From positions 4,920,001 to 4,952,000 of the forward strand of contig LT962688.1 of the NCBI GenBank assembly GCA_900234795.1: DNA of 32,000 nt, read 5' to 3'. The position numbers and the translations under genes are program-made. Positions within the stretch are counted from its first letter, which is position 1; each line of letters opens with the position of its first letter. The notes beneath the pieces were generated by a model. That model worked only from the letters and a program-made list of their open reading frames with translations, had not been told where the DNA came from and did no database searches. The DNA comes from Methylorubrum extorquens (GTDB taxonomy: Bacteria > Pseudomonadota > Alphaproteobacteria > Rhizobiales > Beijerinckiaceae). Positions 18,677 through 26,713 of the stretch are shown piece by piece.

Positions 18677-19129
18677 ATGAGCGACACGCTTCCCATCCTC
18701 ATCGTCGATGACCAGCCTAAGCTTCTGCGGCTGATCATCGAGCTGATGACCCGCCTCGGTTTCCCGGACGTCGAGGGCGTGTCGGACGGAGCCGAGGCGC
18801 TCATCCGGATGCGGGAGCGCCGCTACGCCCTCGTCATCTCCGATCTCGCCATGGAGCCGATGGACGGGCTTCAGCTCCTGCGCGAGATCCGGGCCGACGA
18901 CAGCCTGATGAACACGCCCTTCATCCTTACCGAGACCTCGTTCGACTTCGAGGACATCAACCACGCCCACGTCGCGGGCGCCGACGCCTTCATCCTCAAG
19001 CCGTTCGACATCAACCTCCTGAAGACGAAGCTGAAGCAGGTGCTCAACCGCAAGCCGCGCCGTCGCGAGGCGCCGCTGCCCGCCGAATCGACGCTGAGCC
19101 AGGAATTCCCGCTGCTCGGCAAGTTCTGA
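18677..19129 (+). CDS. Stand-alone CheY-like response-regulator receiver protein
   Basis: ILIVDDQ, VISDLAMEPMDG (phospho-acceptor Asp), FILTE (Thr) and FILKPF (Lys) are present. There is no output domain, only a roughly 25-aa tail. Confidence 0.9.
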   Translation: MSDTLPILIVDDQPKLLRLIIELMTRLGFPDVEGVSDGAEALIRMRERRYALVISDLAMEPMDGLQLLREIRADDSLMNTPFILTETSFDFEDINHAHVAGADAFILKPFDINLLKTKLKQVLNRKPRRREAPLPAESTLSQEFPLLGKF

Positions 19130-19381
19130 TCGTCGAGTTCTGACCGGCGGCGTTTTCGCCTGTTCGGTAGTCCATCAAGGATGCCGCGCCGCGCCGTCCG
19201 GCGTTACGCATTTCCAACGACGTCTTCGCTGTGCCCTTGCCGCGAGCCAAAAGCCGTCGGCGGCCGGACATCCGTGGGCCGTCCACGCGGGCGCGATACG
19301 CTGAGTGGCACGCCGGATCCTTCGCAGAGCACTCGGTCTGATCGCCGTTTCCGAAGAAAACCGACCTGTGGTTGGCTCATC

Positions 19382-19394
19382 GTGAGGCACTCTT
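19382..19394 (+). repeat. GTGAGGCACTCTT box (repeat family, locus B), about 50 nt upstream of the GGDEF-EAL start
   Basis: The 12-nt core GTGAGGCACTCT is identical to 11081-11092 and to the reverse complement of 23282-23293. Confidence 0.6.
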
Positions 19395-19443
19395 AACCGG
19401 ATCCGGGCATTTTGCCGGGAACGAAGAAGGGGGTGGACGACCG

Positions 19444-21588
19444 ATGCAGGCGCAGGCCGAAGGTCAGGGAGTCGCCGGTCGGCGGTTGGGTCTAGGGAAC
19501 GGGCAGGGCGGCCGAGAGACGGTTGGCAGGCACCTGCTGCGGACAGGCTCGGGACTCTGCCTGACCGTCGCCGGCTTTGCTGCCACCGCGCTGATAGCCT
19601 CGCTCTCCGCCGAGCCGACCCTGAGGCTCACGGTCGTCGGGGGCGCGGCCATCCTCGCCCTCGTTCTCGTCTGCCTGATTCTGCGCCGGCTCGCCCGCAG
19701 CCTCACCCGCGCGATTCAGGCCGCCGAAGGCATCGCCCTGGCGACCGCTCCCGCCGTCGCGCTCCGGCCTCTCCCGGCATGCGCCTCCGGCGAGGCCGCA
19801 CTTCCCGACGGGCGCCACCTGCTCGCCGACCGCCCTCGGCTGGGTGACGGGGCCGACCCGACCATCCTCACCGACATTGCGGCCCTGAAGCTCCGCGAGG
19901 ACGCGTTGAGCGATCGCATCGCCCGTTTGAACGCGGCGCTCGATACCCTCTCCCTCGGCTTCCTTCTCTATGACCGCGATCACCGGCTGCTGGTGGTCAA
20001 CCGCCGCTACCACGAGATCTACCGGCTGCCTCCGGGGGCCGTGACCCCCGGCATGTCGGCGCTTGAAGTGCTGCGCAGCAATGTCGGGACCGGTGATCAG
20101 CCGGACCGGAGCGAGGACGAGTGCATTGCCGAGATCGGCGTAATGATGGGTGCCGATGCCGTTCCGACCCAGATCCAGCATCTCGCCGACGGACGCGTCG
20201 TCGCCGTCGAGATCCAGCCGATTGCCGGCGGCGGCTTCGTGGCGATCTACGAGGAAGCGACCGAACGCTGGAACGCCGAGAACCGCATCGCCCACATGGC
20301 CCGGCACGATGCCGTCACCGACCTGCCCAACCGCGTGTTGTTGCGCGAGCGGATCGAGGGGGCGATCACCCGGGCACGGCGCGAGACCGGTTTCGCCGTG
20401 CTCTGCCTCGACCTCGACAACTTCAAGCAGGTCAACGACACCCTCGGCCACGCCGTCGGCGACGAGCTGCTGCGGGCGGTGGCGCACCGCCTCAGAGCCT
20501 GCCTGCGCGAGGTCGACACCGTTGCCCGTCTCGGCGGCGACGAGTTCGCGATCATCCAGGCGAGTGTCGCGACGCCGGCCGATGCCGCCACCCTGGCCCA
20601 GCGCATCCTCGACGTGGTCAGCGCTCCCTACGCGCTGACCCATCACTCCGTCATCGTCGGCGTCAGCATCGGCATCGCGCTCGCGCCCGGAGACGGGCTG
20701 GAACCCGAGCGGCTGATGCAATGCGCCGACGTCGCCCTCTACCGCGCCAAGGACGACGGGCGCGGTGTGTTCCGGTTCTTCGAGGCGCAGATGGATGCCC
20801 GCCTCCAGGCCCGGCGCGCCCTCGAACTCGACCTGCGCGCCGCCTTCGAGGCGGAAGCGTTCGACCTGCATTATCAGCCGATCTACGACCTCGCCGAGGA
20901 GCGCATCAGCGGCTTCGAGGCGCTACTGCGCTGGACCCACCCGACCCGCGGCCGGGTCTCGCCGGCCGAGTTCGTGCCGCTCGCCGAGGAGATCGGCCTC
21001 ATCGTGCCCCTGGGCGAGTGGGTGCTCCGCCGCGCCTGCCGTGAAGCCTCGAACTGGCCGGACGGCCTCAAGGTCGCGGTCAACGTCTCGGCGGCGCAGT
21101 TCACCTCCATCGCGCTGATCGGAACGGTGCAGGCGGCGCTCGCCGAGAGCGGCCTCTCCGCCCGCCGCCTCGAACTGGAGATCACCGAGAGCGTGCTGCT
21201 GGTGAACGGCAGCGCCACGGTGGCGATCCTGCACGGGCTGCGTGACCTCGGCGCCCGGATCGCCATGGACGATTTCGGCACCGGCTATTCCAGCCTGAGC
21301 TACCTGCGCAGCTTCCCCTTCGACAAGATGAAGGTCGATCAGTCCTTCACCCGCGACCTGACGGTGGAGCAGGGCTCCGGTTTCATCGTGCGGGCGGTGG
21401 TCAGCCTCGCTTCCAGCCTCGGGATGACGACGACCGCAGAAGGCGTCGAGACACCGGAGCAACTCGCTTGGCTGCGCGAGGAGGGCTGCGACGAGGTGCA
21501 AGGCTACCTGTTCAGCCCACCGGTGCCGGCGAGTGAACTCCCGGCCCTGCTCGAGATCTGGAACGGCCGGAAACGCCGCGCCGCGTGA
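19444..21588 (+). CDS. Membrane-anchored PAS-GGDEF-EAL protein (diguanylate cyclase / phosphodiesterase)
   Basis: ATG at 19444 (the ORF is open from 19372). Two hydrophobic segments and a PAS-like region (LSLGFLLYDRDHRLLVVNRRYHEIY). REVD-TVARL-GGDEF provides an I-site RxxD plus an intact GGDEF. EALLRW, DDFGTGYSSLSYL, KVDQSF, EGVET and QGY are EAL catalytic motifs. Confidence 0.9.
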   Translation: MQAQAEGQGVAGRRLGLGNGQGGRETVGRHLLRTGSGLCLTVAGFAATALIASLSAEPTLRLTVVGGAAILALVLVCLILRRLARSLTRAIQAAEGIALATAPAVALRPLPACASGEAALPDGRHLLADRPRLGDGADPTILTDIAALKLREDALSDRIARLNAALDTLSLGFLLYDRDHRLLVVNRRYHEIYRLPPGAVTPGMSALEVLRSNVGTGDQPDRSEDECIAEIGVMMGADAVPTQIQHLADGRVVAVEIQPIAGGGFVAIYEEATERWNAENRIAHMARHDAVTDLPNRVLLRERIEGAITRARRETGFAVLCLDLDNFKQVNDTLGHAVGDELLRAVAHRLRACLREVDTVARLGGDEFAIIQASVATPADAATLAQRILDVVSAPYALTHHSVIVGVSIGIALAPGDGLEPERLMQCADVALYRAKDDGRGVFRFFEAQMDARLQARRALELDLRAAFEAEAFDLHYQPIYDLAEERISGFEALLRWTHPTRGRVSPAEFVPLAEEIGLIVPLGEWVLRRACREASNWPDGLKVAVNVSAAQFTSIALIGTVQAALAESGLSARRLELEITESVLLVNGSATVAILHGLRDLGARIAMDDFGTGYSSLSYLRSFPFDKMKVDQSFTRDLTVEQGSGFIVRAVVSLASSLGMTTTAEGVETPEQLAWLREEGCDEVQGYLFSPPVPASELPALLEIWNGRKRRAA

Positions 21589-21627
21589 AGCCGTGATCCG
21601 ATCCCGCTTGCCGTCGATCGCGCAGGA

Positions 21628-22691
21628 TCAGGCCGCTTCGGAAGCCGGTGCACGTTCCCGAGACACCTTGGCCACCGCCTCACGCAGCGTGGCGAGGCCC
21701 GCCTCCGGGCCCATCCCGGCGGTGGCGAGATGCCGGCGAAAGGCCCGCGCTCCGGGCCGCCCGTTGAACAGGCCGAGCATGTGCCGGGTATAGGCATGAA
21801 GCCGCAGGCCGCGTTCGAGCCCTGCCGCGACGACGGGCTCGAAGGCCTCGATCGCGGCGAAGGCATCGGCGACGGGCGCCGGTTCGCCGAACAGCTCGGC
21901 ATCGACATCGAGCAGCAGCGCCGGCTCGGTATAGGCGGCCCGGCCAATCATCACGCCATCGACCTCGCCGAGCCTCGCCTTGGCGGCGGCGATGTCGGCG
22001 ATCCCGCCATTGACCGCGATCGGCAGATCCGGATGCGCCCGCTTCAGCCGGGCGACGCGGCCGTAATCGAGCGGCGGCACGTCCCGGTTCTCGCGCGGCG
22101 AGAGACCTTTGAGCCAAGCCTTGCGGGCATGCACGATGAGTCCGTCGACCCCGCCGCAACCACGGCGTCGGCCACGGCGTCGAGGGCTTCCTCGATATCC
22201 TGATCATCGACGCCCAGGCGGCACTTCACGGTCACCGGCACCGGGACAGCCGCCTTCATGGCCGCCACGCAGGCACCCACGAGGCCCGGCTCGCGCATCA
22301 GGCAGGCACCGAAGCGTCCGTCCTGCACCCGGTCTGAGGGGCACCCGACATTGAGGTTGATCTCGGCGTAACCGAAATCGGCGGCGATCCGCGCCGCCGC
22401 CGCGAGGTCGTCCGGGTTAGAGCCGCCGAGCTGCACCGCCAACGGCTGCTCGTAGGCGTCGAAACCGAGCAGCCGCTCCCGGTCCCCGTGCAGCACGGCC
22501 CCGGTCGTCACCATCTCGGTATAAAGCCGCGCCCGGCGCGACAGGGTTCGGTGGAACGCGCGGCACTGCCGGTCGGTCCAATCCATCATCGGTGCGACGC
22601 TGAAGCGCCACCCGCTGAGTTCGTTCAGTTTTTCAGCCGGGGTCGACACGTGCGCCCTGTTCCGTTTCGATGCTGGTCCGCTTCGAGCCAT
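21628..22691 (-). pseudogene. dusA: tRNA-dihydrouridine synthase A with a single frame disruption
   Basis: WRFSVAPMMDWTDRQCRAFHR...DAVADAVVAAG is in one frame and (V)[28 protein letters not shown]... in another. The junction is at the C4 run 22149-22152, where one more base would restore the frame. Start assumed at the ATG at 22691. Confidence 0.85.
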
Positions 22692-22975
22692 CCGCGAGGA
22701 TCGTCGCTTGGGCGGCTCGATCGAAGGCGTACGAGCCTCGGCCTGAACCGCCCGCGATCGGCCGCCGAAAAGCCGATACAGCAGGCGTCCGATTGGCTTG
22801 ATTCCGCAGGCCGCAAGCCATCGTTCAGGACGATGTACGCAATGCGCGCCCAGATACCACGCCTCGGCCAGCCTCAAAAGCGAAGAGCACCGCCATCGCG
22901 AGACCGGAGCGTTCGACGGGAGGCGGGTGCACCGGTCGAAGCGGCGTCCGCATTATGCGCGTCAACCCAGACCCC

Positions 22976-23012
22976 GAGAGACGCCGACCTGATGCCATCG
23001 GATCAGTTACGG
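22976..23012 (-). repeat. 37-nt palindromic module (repeat family, locus C 3' part)
   Basis: The minus strand reads CCGTAACTGATCCGATGGCATCAGGTCGGCGTCTCTC, 33/37 identical to 30332-30368. It starts 10 nt after the stop of the 66-aa ORF. Confidence 0.7.
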
Positions 23013-23022
23013 CTCTCGGCTT

Positions 23023-23223
23023 TCACGCACCTTTCGAGAATGGCTGACGCAGGGTGCTGTCGGCGGCCATCACGGCATCCACCGCACGTTCGGCGAGCGC
23101 GCGGGCGAGATCATGGGGCAGTCGGCCGCTGCTGGGCAATTGTCTGCTGGTGACGTCATACTGCGCGATGACGGCGGCCACGGCCCTGATCCGATCTTCG
23201 CGGCTTGCTTGCGCCTGTTGCAC
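23023..23223 (-). CDS. Hypothetical 66-aa protein flanked by the repeat-family box and module
   Basis: GTG at 23223, preceded by AGGAGA with a 6-nt spacer. No family recognised. Mostly G/C third positions. Confidence 0.45.
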   Translation of the reverse strand: MQQAQASREDRIRAVAAVIAQYDVTSRQLPSSGRLPHDLARALAERAVDAVMAADSTLRQPFSKGA

Positions 23224-23281
23224 GTCATCTCTCCTGGTGCGGCATCGATCCGAACGGGATTCCGCCTGTGCAACGCCGACG

Positions 23282-23300
23282 AGAGTGCCTCACAAAACTC
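23282..23300 (-). repeat. GAGTTTTGTGAGGCACTCT box (repeat family, locus C 5' part)
   Basis: The reverse complement of 23282-23300 is 19/19 identical to 11074-11092. It lies about 60-75 nt upstream of the 66-aa ORF start on the minus strand. Confidence 0.7.
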
Positions 23301-23549
23301 TCGATCACCGAGCGTTTTCCCCTTGCCGCGACGAAGGGGCGTTTCAGGAGAGACACCAAGCTAAGGCGCATCGCGCACTGTCCGCTTCTTCGATACCGGA
23401 ACGGGCTTTTTCTGTCGTCGTGATCGCCGGAGATCTGCACAAGTTGCGGGCTGATTGCGTGTGTCTGCGGCGCCCTTGCGCGGGCCGTGCACACAATCCG
23501 TGCATGTTCGATCCGGGGCGTGATGACAGAAAGCCTATCCCGCAAGCGG

Positions 23550-23738
23550 CTACGATTTCTGCGCGGGCTGCTGATCGCCGAGCCTGAGAAAGCTTGCTGC
23601 GAAGGCTTCCGCGCCCTCCTTGGTCAAGCCGGTGACGACGAGGCCCTGTGCGGTGACCGCCCAGAGTCCGTCGCCGTTCTGGAGGACGCTGATTTCCGCC
23701 ACGGCTCTCTCCCGGAATTCAACCTTCCGGTTAACCAT
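23550..23738 (-). CDS. Hypothetical 62-aa protein
   Basis: ATG at 23738 (MVNRKVEFRERAVAEISVLQNGDGLWAVTAQGLVVTGLTKEGAEAFAASF...), with an in-frame TTG at 23750. No family recognised. Confidence 0.4.
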   Translation of the reverse strand: MVNRKVEFRERAVAEISVLQNGDGLWAVTAQGLVVTGLTKEGAEAFAASFLRLGDQQPAQKS

Positions 23739-23812
23739 CGCGCTCGGCAACGCGTTCCGGGGGTGCGCGGCGGGGCATACCCACGCCGCGCACGCGATCT
23801 TCCTAGCGCCGC

Positions 23813-24436
23813 TCAGTGTTCGTGGCGGTGGCTATGGCCGTGCTCATGGCCGTGTTCATGGCTGTGGTCGTGCCCGCAGCCTCCGTGGGCGTGGCTGTGC
23901 CCGTGGTCATGGTCATGATGGGCGTGGTCATGGTGAGCCTCGGCATGGCCATGAGCGTCATGCGTATGGGCTTCGTGGCCGTGATGATGATGGTCGTGGC
24001 CGCACTGGCTGTGATCGTGCGCAGCCTTTTCCGGCTTGAACGGGCGGTTCACCGGCTCGGCCGAGCAGCCGGCCCCGCGGATCAGCTCGGCGGCGCTGGC
24101 CGGCACATAGAGAACCTCCGCCCCGACCTCCGCGGGGACGTGCTCGCCGCCGAGTTGCCAGGCGAGCCGCAGCAGGCGGGCCGGATTGCCGGCGCGGACT
24201 TCCAGAAGCGCTTCTTCGGCGGCACGCACGGCCACGAGGCGCCCGTCCTCGAGCTTCAGCGCATCGCCGTCCTCGAGGCCCGCGGCACGATCCAGGTGGA
24301 GATCGACGGACAAGCCGCCCGCCGTCGTCAGGTGCGCATGCGCCTGGCTCCGGGCGGCGTGGTCGAGGGTCACCGTGTCGACGACGAGATCGGGCCGAAC
24401 GGCGGCCTTGCGGACGATCAGGCTGGCTTTGGGCAT
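23813..24436 (-). CDS. UreE-like metallochaperone with an extremely His-rich C-terminal tail
   Basis: ATG at 24436 after GAGGAT. VTLDHAARSQAH..LEDGDALKLEDGRLVAVRAAEE..LLRLAWQLGGEHVPAEV..PFKPE resembles UreE, where the conserved motif is HLGNRH. The tail is HDHSQCGHDHHHHGHEAHTHDAHGHAEAHHDHAHHDHDHGHSHAHGGCGHDHSHEHGHEHGHSHRHEH. No other ure genes are nearby. Confidence 0.75.
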   Translation of the reverse strand: MPKASLIVRKAAVRPDLVVDTVTLDHAARSQAHAHLTTAGGLSVDLHLDRAAGLEDGDALKLEDGRLVAVRAAEEALLEVRAGNPARLLRLAWQLGGEHVPAEVGAEVLYVPASAAELIRGAGCSAEPVNRPFKPEKAAHDHSQCGHDHHHHGHEAHTHDAHGHAEAHHDHAHHDHDHGHSHAHGGCGHDHSHEHGHEHGHSHRHEH

Positions 24437-24668
24437 GGTGATCCTCGGGATAGGGGCCCGTCGGCAGCGGGCCGAAACCGGGCGATTTTGCAACAGGCGC
24501 GCCTTCAGATGGCAGGCGCAGGGCGAAAAGTCATGCGCCGATGCAACCTGCCCCAATCTTGGCCGTTTCATGTGCCGTCGATGGCGGCCGGTGACAAACC
24601 AAGGCCAAAACGGTGCCCCGCGCCGGCAAATGGCCCGATCGCCGATGCACAAGGGAGTTCGGACCACC

Positions 24669-24938
24669 ATGAAGAGACTCATTGCCGCCGCCCTCGCGGG
24701 CAGCCTCGCGCTCTCGCTCGGTGCCTGCAATACGCCTCAGGATCGGGCGCTGGGCGGTGCTGCCCTCGGTGCGGGCCTCGGCGCGGCGGTCGGCGGCCTC
24801 GCCACCGGTCGTGCGGGCGGTGCGTTGGCCGGTGCCGCGATCGGCGGCGCGGGTGGTGCCATTGCCGGCGCCGCGACGGCGCCGCGCTGCCCCTACGGCA
24901 CGTTCCGCGACGAGTACGGCAACGTCTACTGCCGCTGA
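24669..24938 (+). CDS. Small glycine-zipper outer-membrane lipoprotein (17-kDa-antigen-like)
   Basis: MKRLIAAALAGSLALSLGAC has a lipobox (LGAC). It is followed by GGAALGAGLGAAVGGLATGRAGGALAGAAIGGAGGAIAGA. Confidence 0.8.
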   Translation: MKRLIAAALAGSLALSLGACNTPQDRALGGAALGAGLGAAVGGLATGRAGGALAGAAIGGAGGAIAGAATAPRCPYGTFRDEYGNVYCR

Positions 24939-24961
24939 TCCACGACGCGGTTCATGGGGGA

Positions 24962-24996
24962 GGGCCGGAGCGGCAAGCTCCGGCCCTTTTCCTTTG
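24962..24996 (+). terminator. Intrinsic terminator after the lipoprotein gene
   Basis: GGGCCGGAGC (24962-71), loop GGCAA, GCTCCGGCCC (24977-86), then TTTTCCTTTG. Confidence 0.8.
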
Positions 24997-25140
24997 CGGT
25001 CGATTAAAGCACCGGGCTTGCGCTGCGGTACGCTTTGCGGCGTTAAGCCGTGACGACCGCTCTTGCTGAATGTCTTCGGAACCGCCCTTGTCCCCCCTGG
25101 ATCCCTCACGCTTCCGCTCTCCCGTTGCGGGCGGCGCCCG

Positions 25141-25866
25141 ATGAGCACCGGCCTGTGGGGCAAGATCGGCGGGGCCGGCATCGGCGTCCTGGTCGGCGGG
25201 CCGATCGGGGCGCTGGTCGGGTCGGTCGCCGGCCACTTCCTGGTCGATCGCGAGGGCGCGCCCTTCGGCCCGACGCCCCGGGACGTCCTGTTCACGACGG
25301 GGCTCGTGGCCCTCGCGGCCAAGATGGCGAAGTCCGACGGCGTCGTGACCGAGTCCGAAATCCAGGCCTTCGGGCGTGTGGTGCAGGTCGAGCCCGAGGC
25401 GCGCGCGGGCGTGCAGCGCCTGTTCGACCTCGCCAAGGCGACGACCGACGGCTTCGAGGCCTATGCCGGGCAGCTCGCCGCGACCTTCGGCGAGGAGCCG
25501 GCTCTGCTCGAGGACGTGCTCGACGGCCTGTTCCACATCGCCACCGCCGACGGGGCGATCCACGAGGGCGAGGAGCGCTACCTGCGCTCCGTCGCCGGGA
25601 TCTTCGGCCTCGACGAGGCCGCCTTCCGCCGGATCGCCGCCCGGCACGTGCGGCTCGCCGACGACCCCTACCTCGTGCTCGGCCTCGAACGCTCCGCCGA
25701 CCCCGCCGACCTCAAGGCGCAGTACCGGCGGCTCGTGGCCGAGAACCATCCCGACCGGGCGCTGGCCCGCGGATTGCCGCCGGAGGCGGTGGCGATCGCG
25801 ACGCACCGGCTCGCCGCCATCAACGCCGCCTGGGACCGGATCGCGGCCGAGCGGGGGCTGACGTGA
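25141..25866 (+). CDS. DjlA-like co-chaperone (TM/TerB-like N-terminal region + C-terminal J domain)
   Basis: Glycine-rich hydrophobic N-terminus and a TerB-like middle region (AKSDGVVTESEIQAF..IATADGAIHEGEERYL). J domain DPYLVLGLERSADPADLKAQYRRLVAENHPDR with an HPD motif. Confidence 0.8.
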   Translation: MSTGLWGKIGGAGIGVLVGGPIGALVGSVAGHFLVDREGAPFGPTPRDVLFTTGLVALAAKMAKSDGVVTESEIQAFGRVVQVEPEARAGVQRLFDLAKATTDGFEAYAGQLAATFGEEPALLEDVLDGLFHIATADGAIHEGEERYLRSVAGIFGLDEAAFRRIAARHVRLADDPYLVLGLERSADPADLKAQYRRLVAENHPDRALARGLPPEAVAIATHRLAAINAAWDRIAAERGLT

Positions 25867-26615
25867 GTTTTTCCCCGGACAGCCCCCTGGCTGAGGCTGT
25901 CGTCGCCTCGCCGAACCGCGGCGCGCGGGTCGGGGACAGCCTCGACATGCTGATCCTGCACTACACGGGCATGCCGACGGCGCAGGGTGCGCTCGAGCGC
26001 CTGTGCGACCCGTCCGCCGAGGTCTCGGCCCATTACTTCGTGTTCGAGGACGGACGCGTCGTGCAGATGGTGCCGGAGGCCGACCGGGCCTGGCACGCGG
26101 GCGCCGGAGCCTGGGCGGGCGTGCGCGACATCAACTCCCGCTCCATCGGCATCGAGATCGCCCATCCCGGCCATGCCGGCGGGCTCCCGCCCTATCCGGA
26201 GGTGCAGATCGCCGCGGTGATCGCGCTGGCCCGCGACATCGTCGTCCGGCGCGCGATCCCCGGCCCCCGTGTGCTCGCCCATTCCGACGTGGCGCCGGCA
26301 CGCAAGGAGGATCCGGGCGAAGACTTTCCCTGGGAGCGGCTGGCGCGTGAGGGCGTCGGGCACTGGGTGCCGCCAGTGCCCGTGCGGGATGGCCGCTTCT
26401 TCGCCATGGGCGACACCGGCCAGCCGGTCGAGGCCCTGCAGGCGATGTTGGCGCTCTACGGCTACGAGCAGCCGGTCACCGGCCACTTCGATGCGGCGAT
26501 GCGTGCGGTCGTCACCGCCTTCCAGCGCCACTTCCGGCCCGCCCGCATCGACGGCGTCGCGGATTCCTCTACGATCACCACCCTGCGTGATCTGATCGCC
26601 TCCCGGCCGGCCTAA
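25863..26615 (+). CDS. N-acetylmuramoyl-L-alanine amidase (amidase_2, AmpD/AmiD-like) with a C-terminal peptidoglycan-binding domain
   Basis: The GTG at 25863 overlaps the djlA-like stop (GTGA). LILHYTGM..AHYFVFEDGRVVQMVPEADRAWHAGAG..SIGIEIAHPG..VLAHSDVAPARKEDPG. The tail is PG_binding-like (VEALQAMLALYGY..TGHFDAAMRAVVTAFQRHF). Confidence 0.88.
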   Translation: MSFSPDSPLAEAVVASPNRGARVGDSLDMLILHYTGMPTAQGALERLCDPSAEVSAHYFVFEDGRVVQMVPEADRAWHAGAGAWAGVRDINSRSIGIEIAHPGHAGGLPPYPEVQIAAVIALARDIVVRRAIPGPRVLAHSDVAPARKEDPGEDFPWERLAREGVGHWVPPVPVRDGRFFAMGDTGQPVEALQAMLALYGYEQPVTGHFDAAMRAVVTAFQRHFRPARIDGVADSSTITTLRDLIASRPA

Positions 26616-26713
26616 CTGCGGCCCGGCCGAAGAATTCGGAAAAGAAACCCGGTCGCCCGGCGTTCCGTTGCCACCGTCATCGGCACGGGGGCGCGTCGGA
26701 CCCGTTTCCCTTC

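Noticed and set aside
23224-23330. An EcfG/PhyR-type general-stress promoter (GGAAC-N16-17-CGTT) upstream of the 66-aa ORF and the other box loci.
   Set aside because: GGAAT and CGTT-like strings are present but only 2-9 nt apart. No copy has the correct spacing.
23816-24010. Repetitive-looking DNA (recurring catggc/cgtggt/catgat units) that could be mistaken for a tandem repeat or spacer array.
   Set aside because: It is the minus-strand coding sequence of the His-rich tail (CAC/CAT plus GAC/GGC codons) of the UreE-like protein.
25050-25862. The N-terminal 271 aa of the 521-aa ORF 25050-26615.
   Set aside because: That part is Arg/Pro/Gly-rich nonsense overlapping the DjlA-like gene in another frame. 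Only the portion from the GTG at 25863 onward has amidase sequence.
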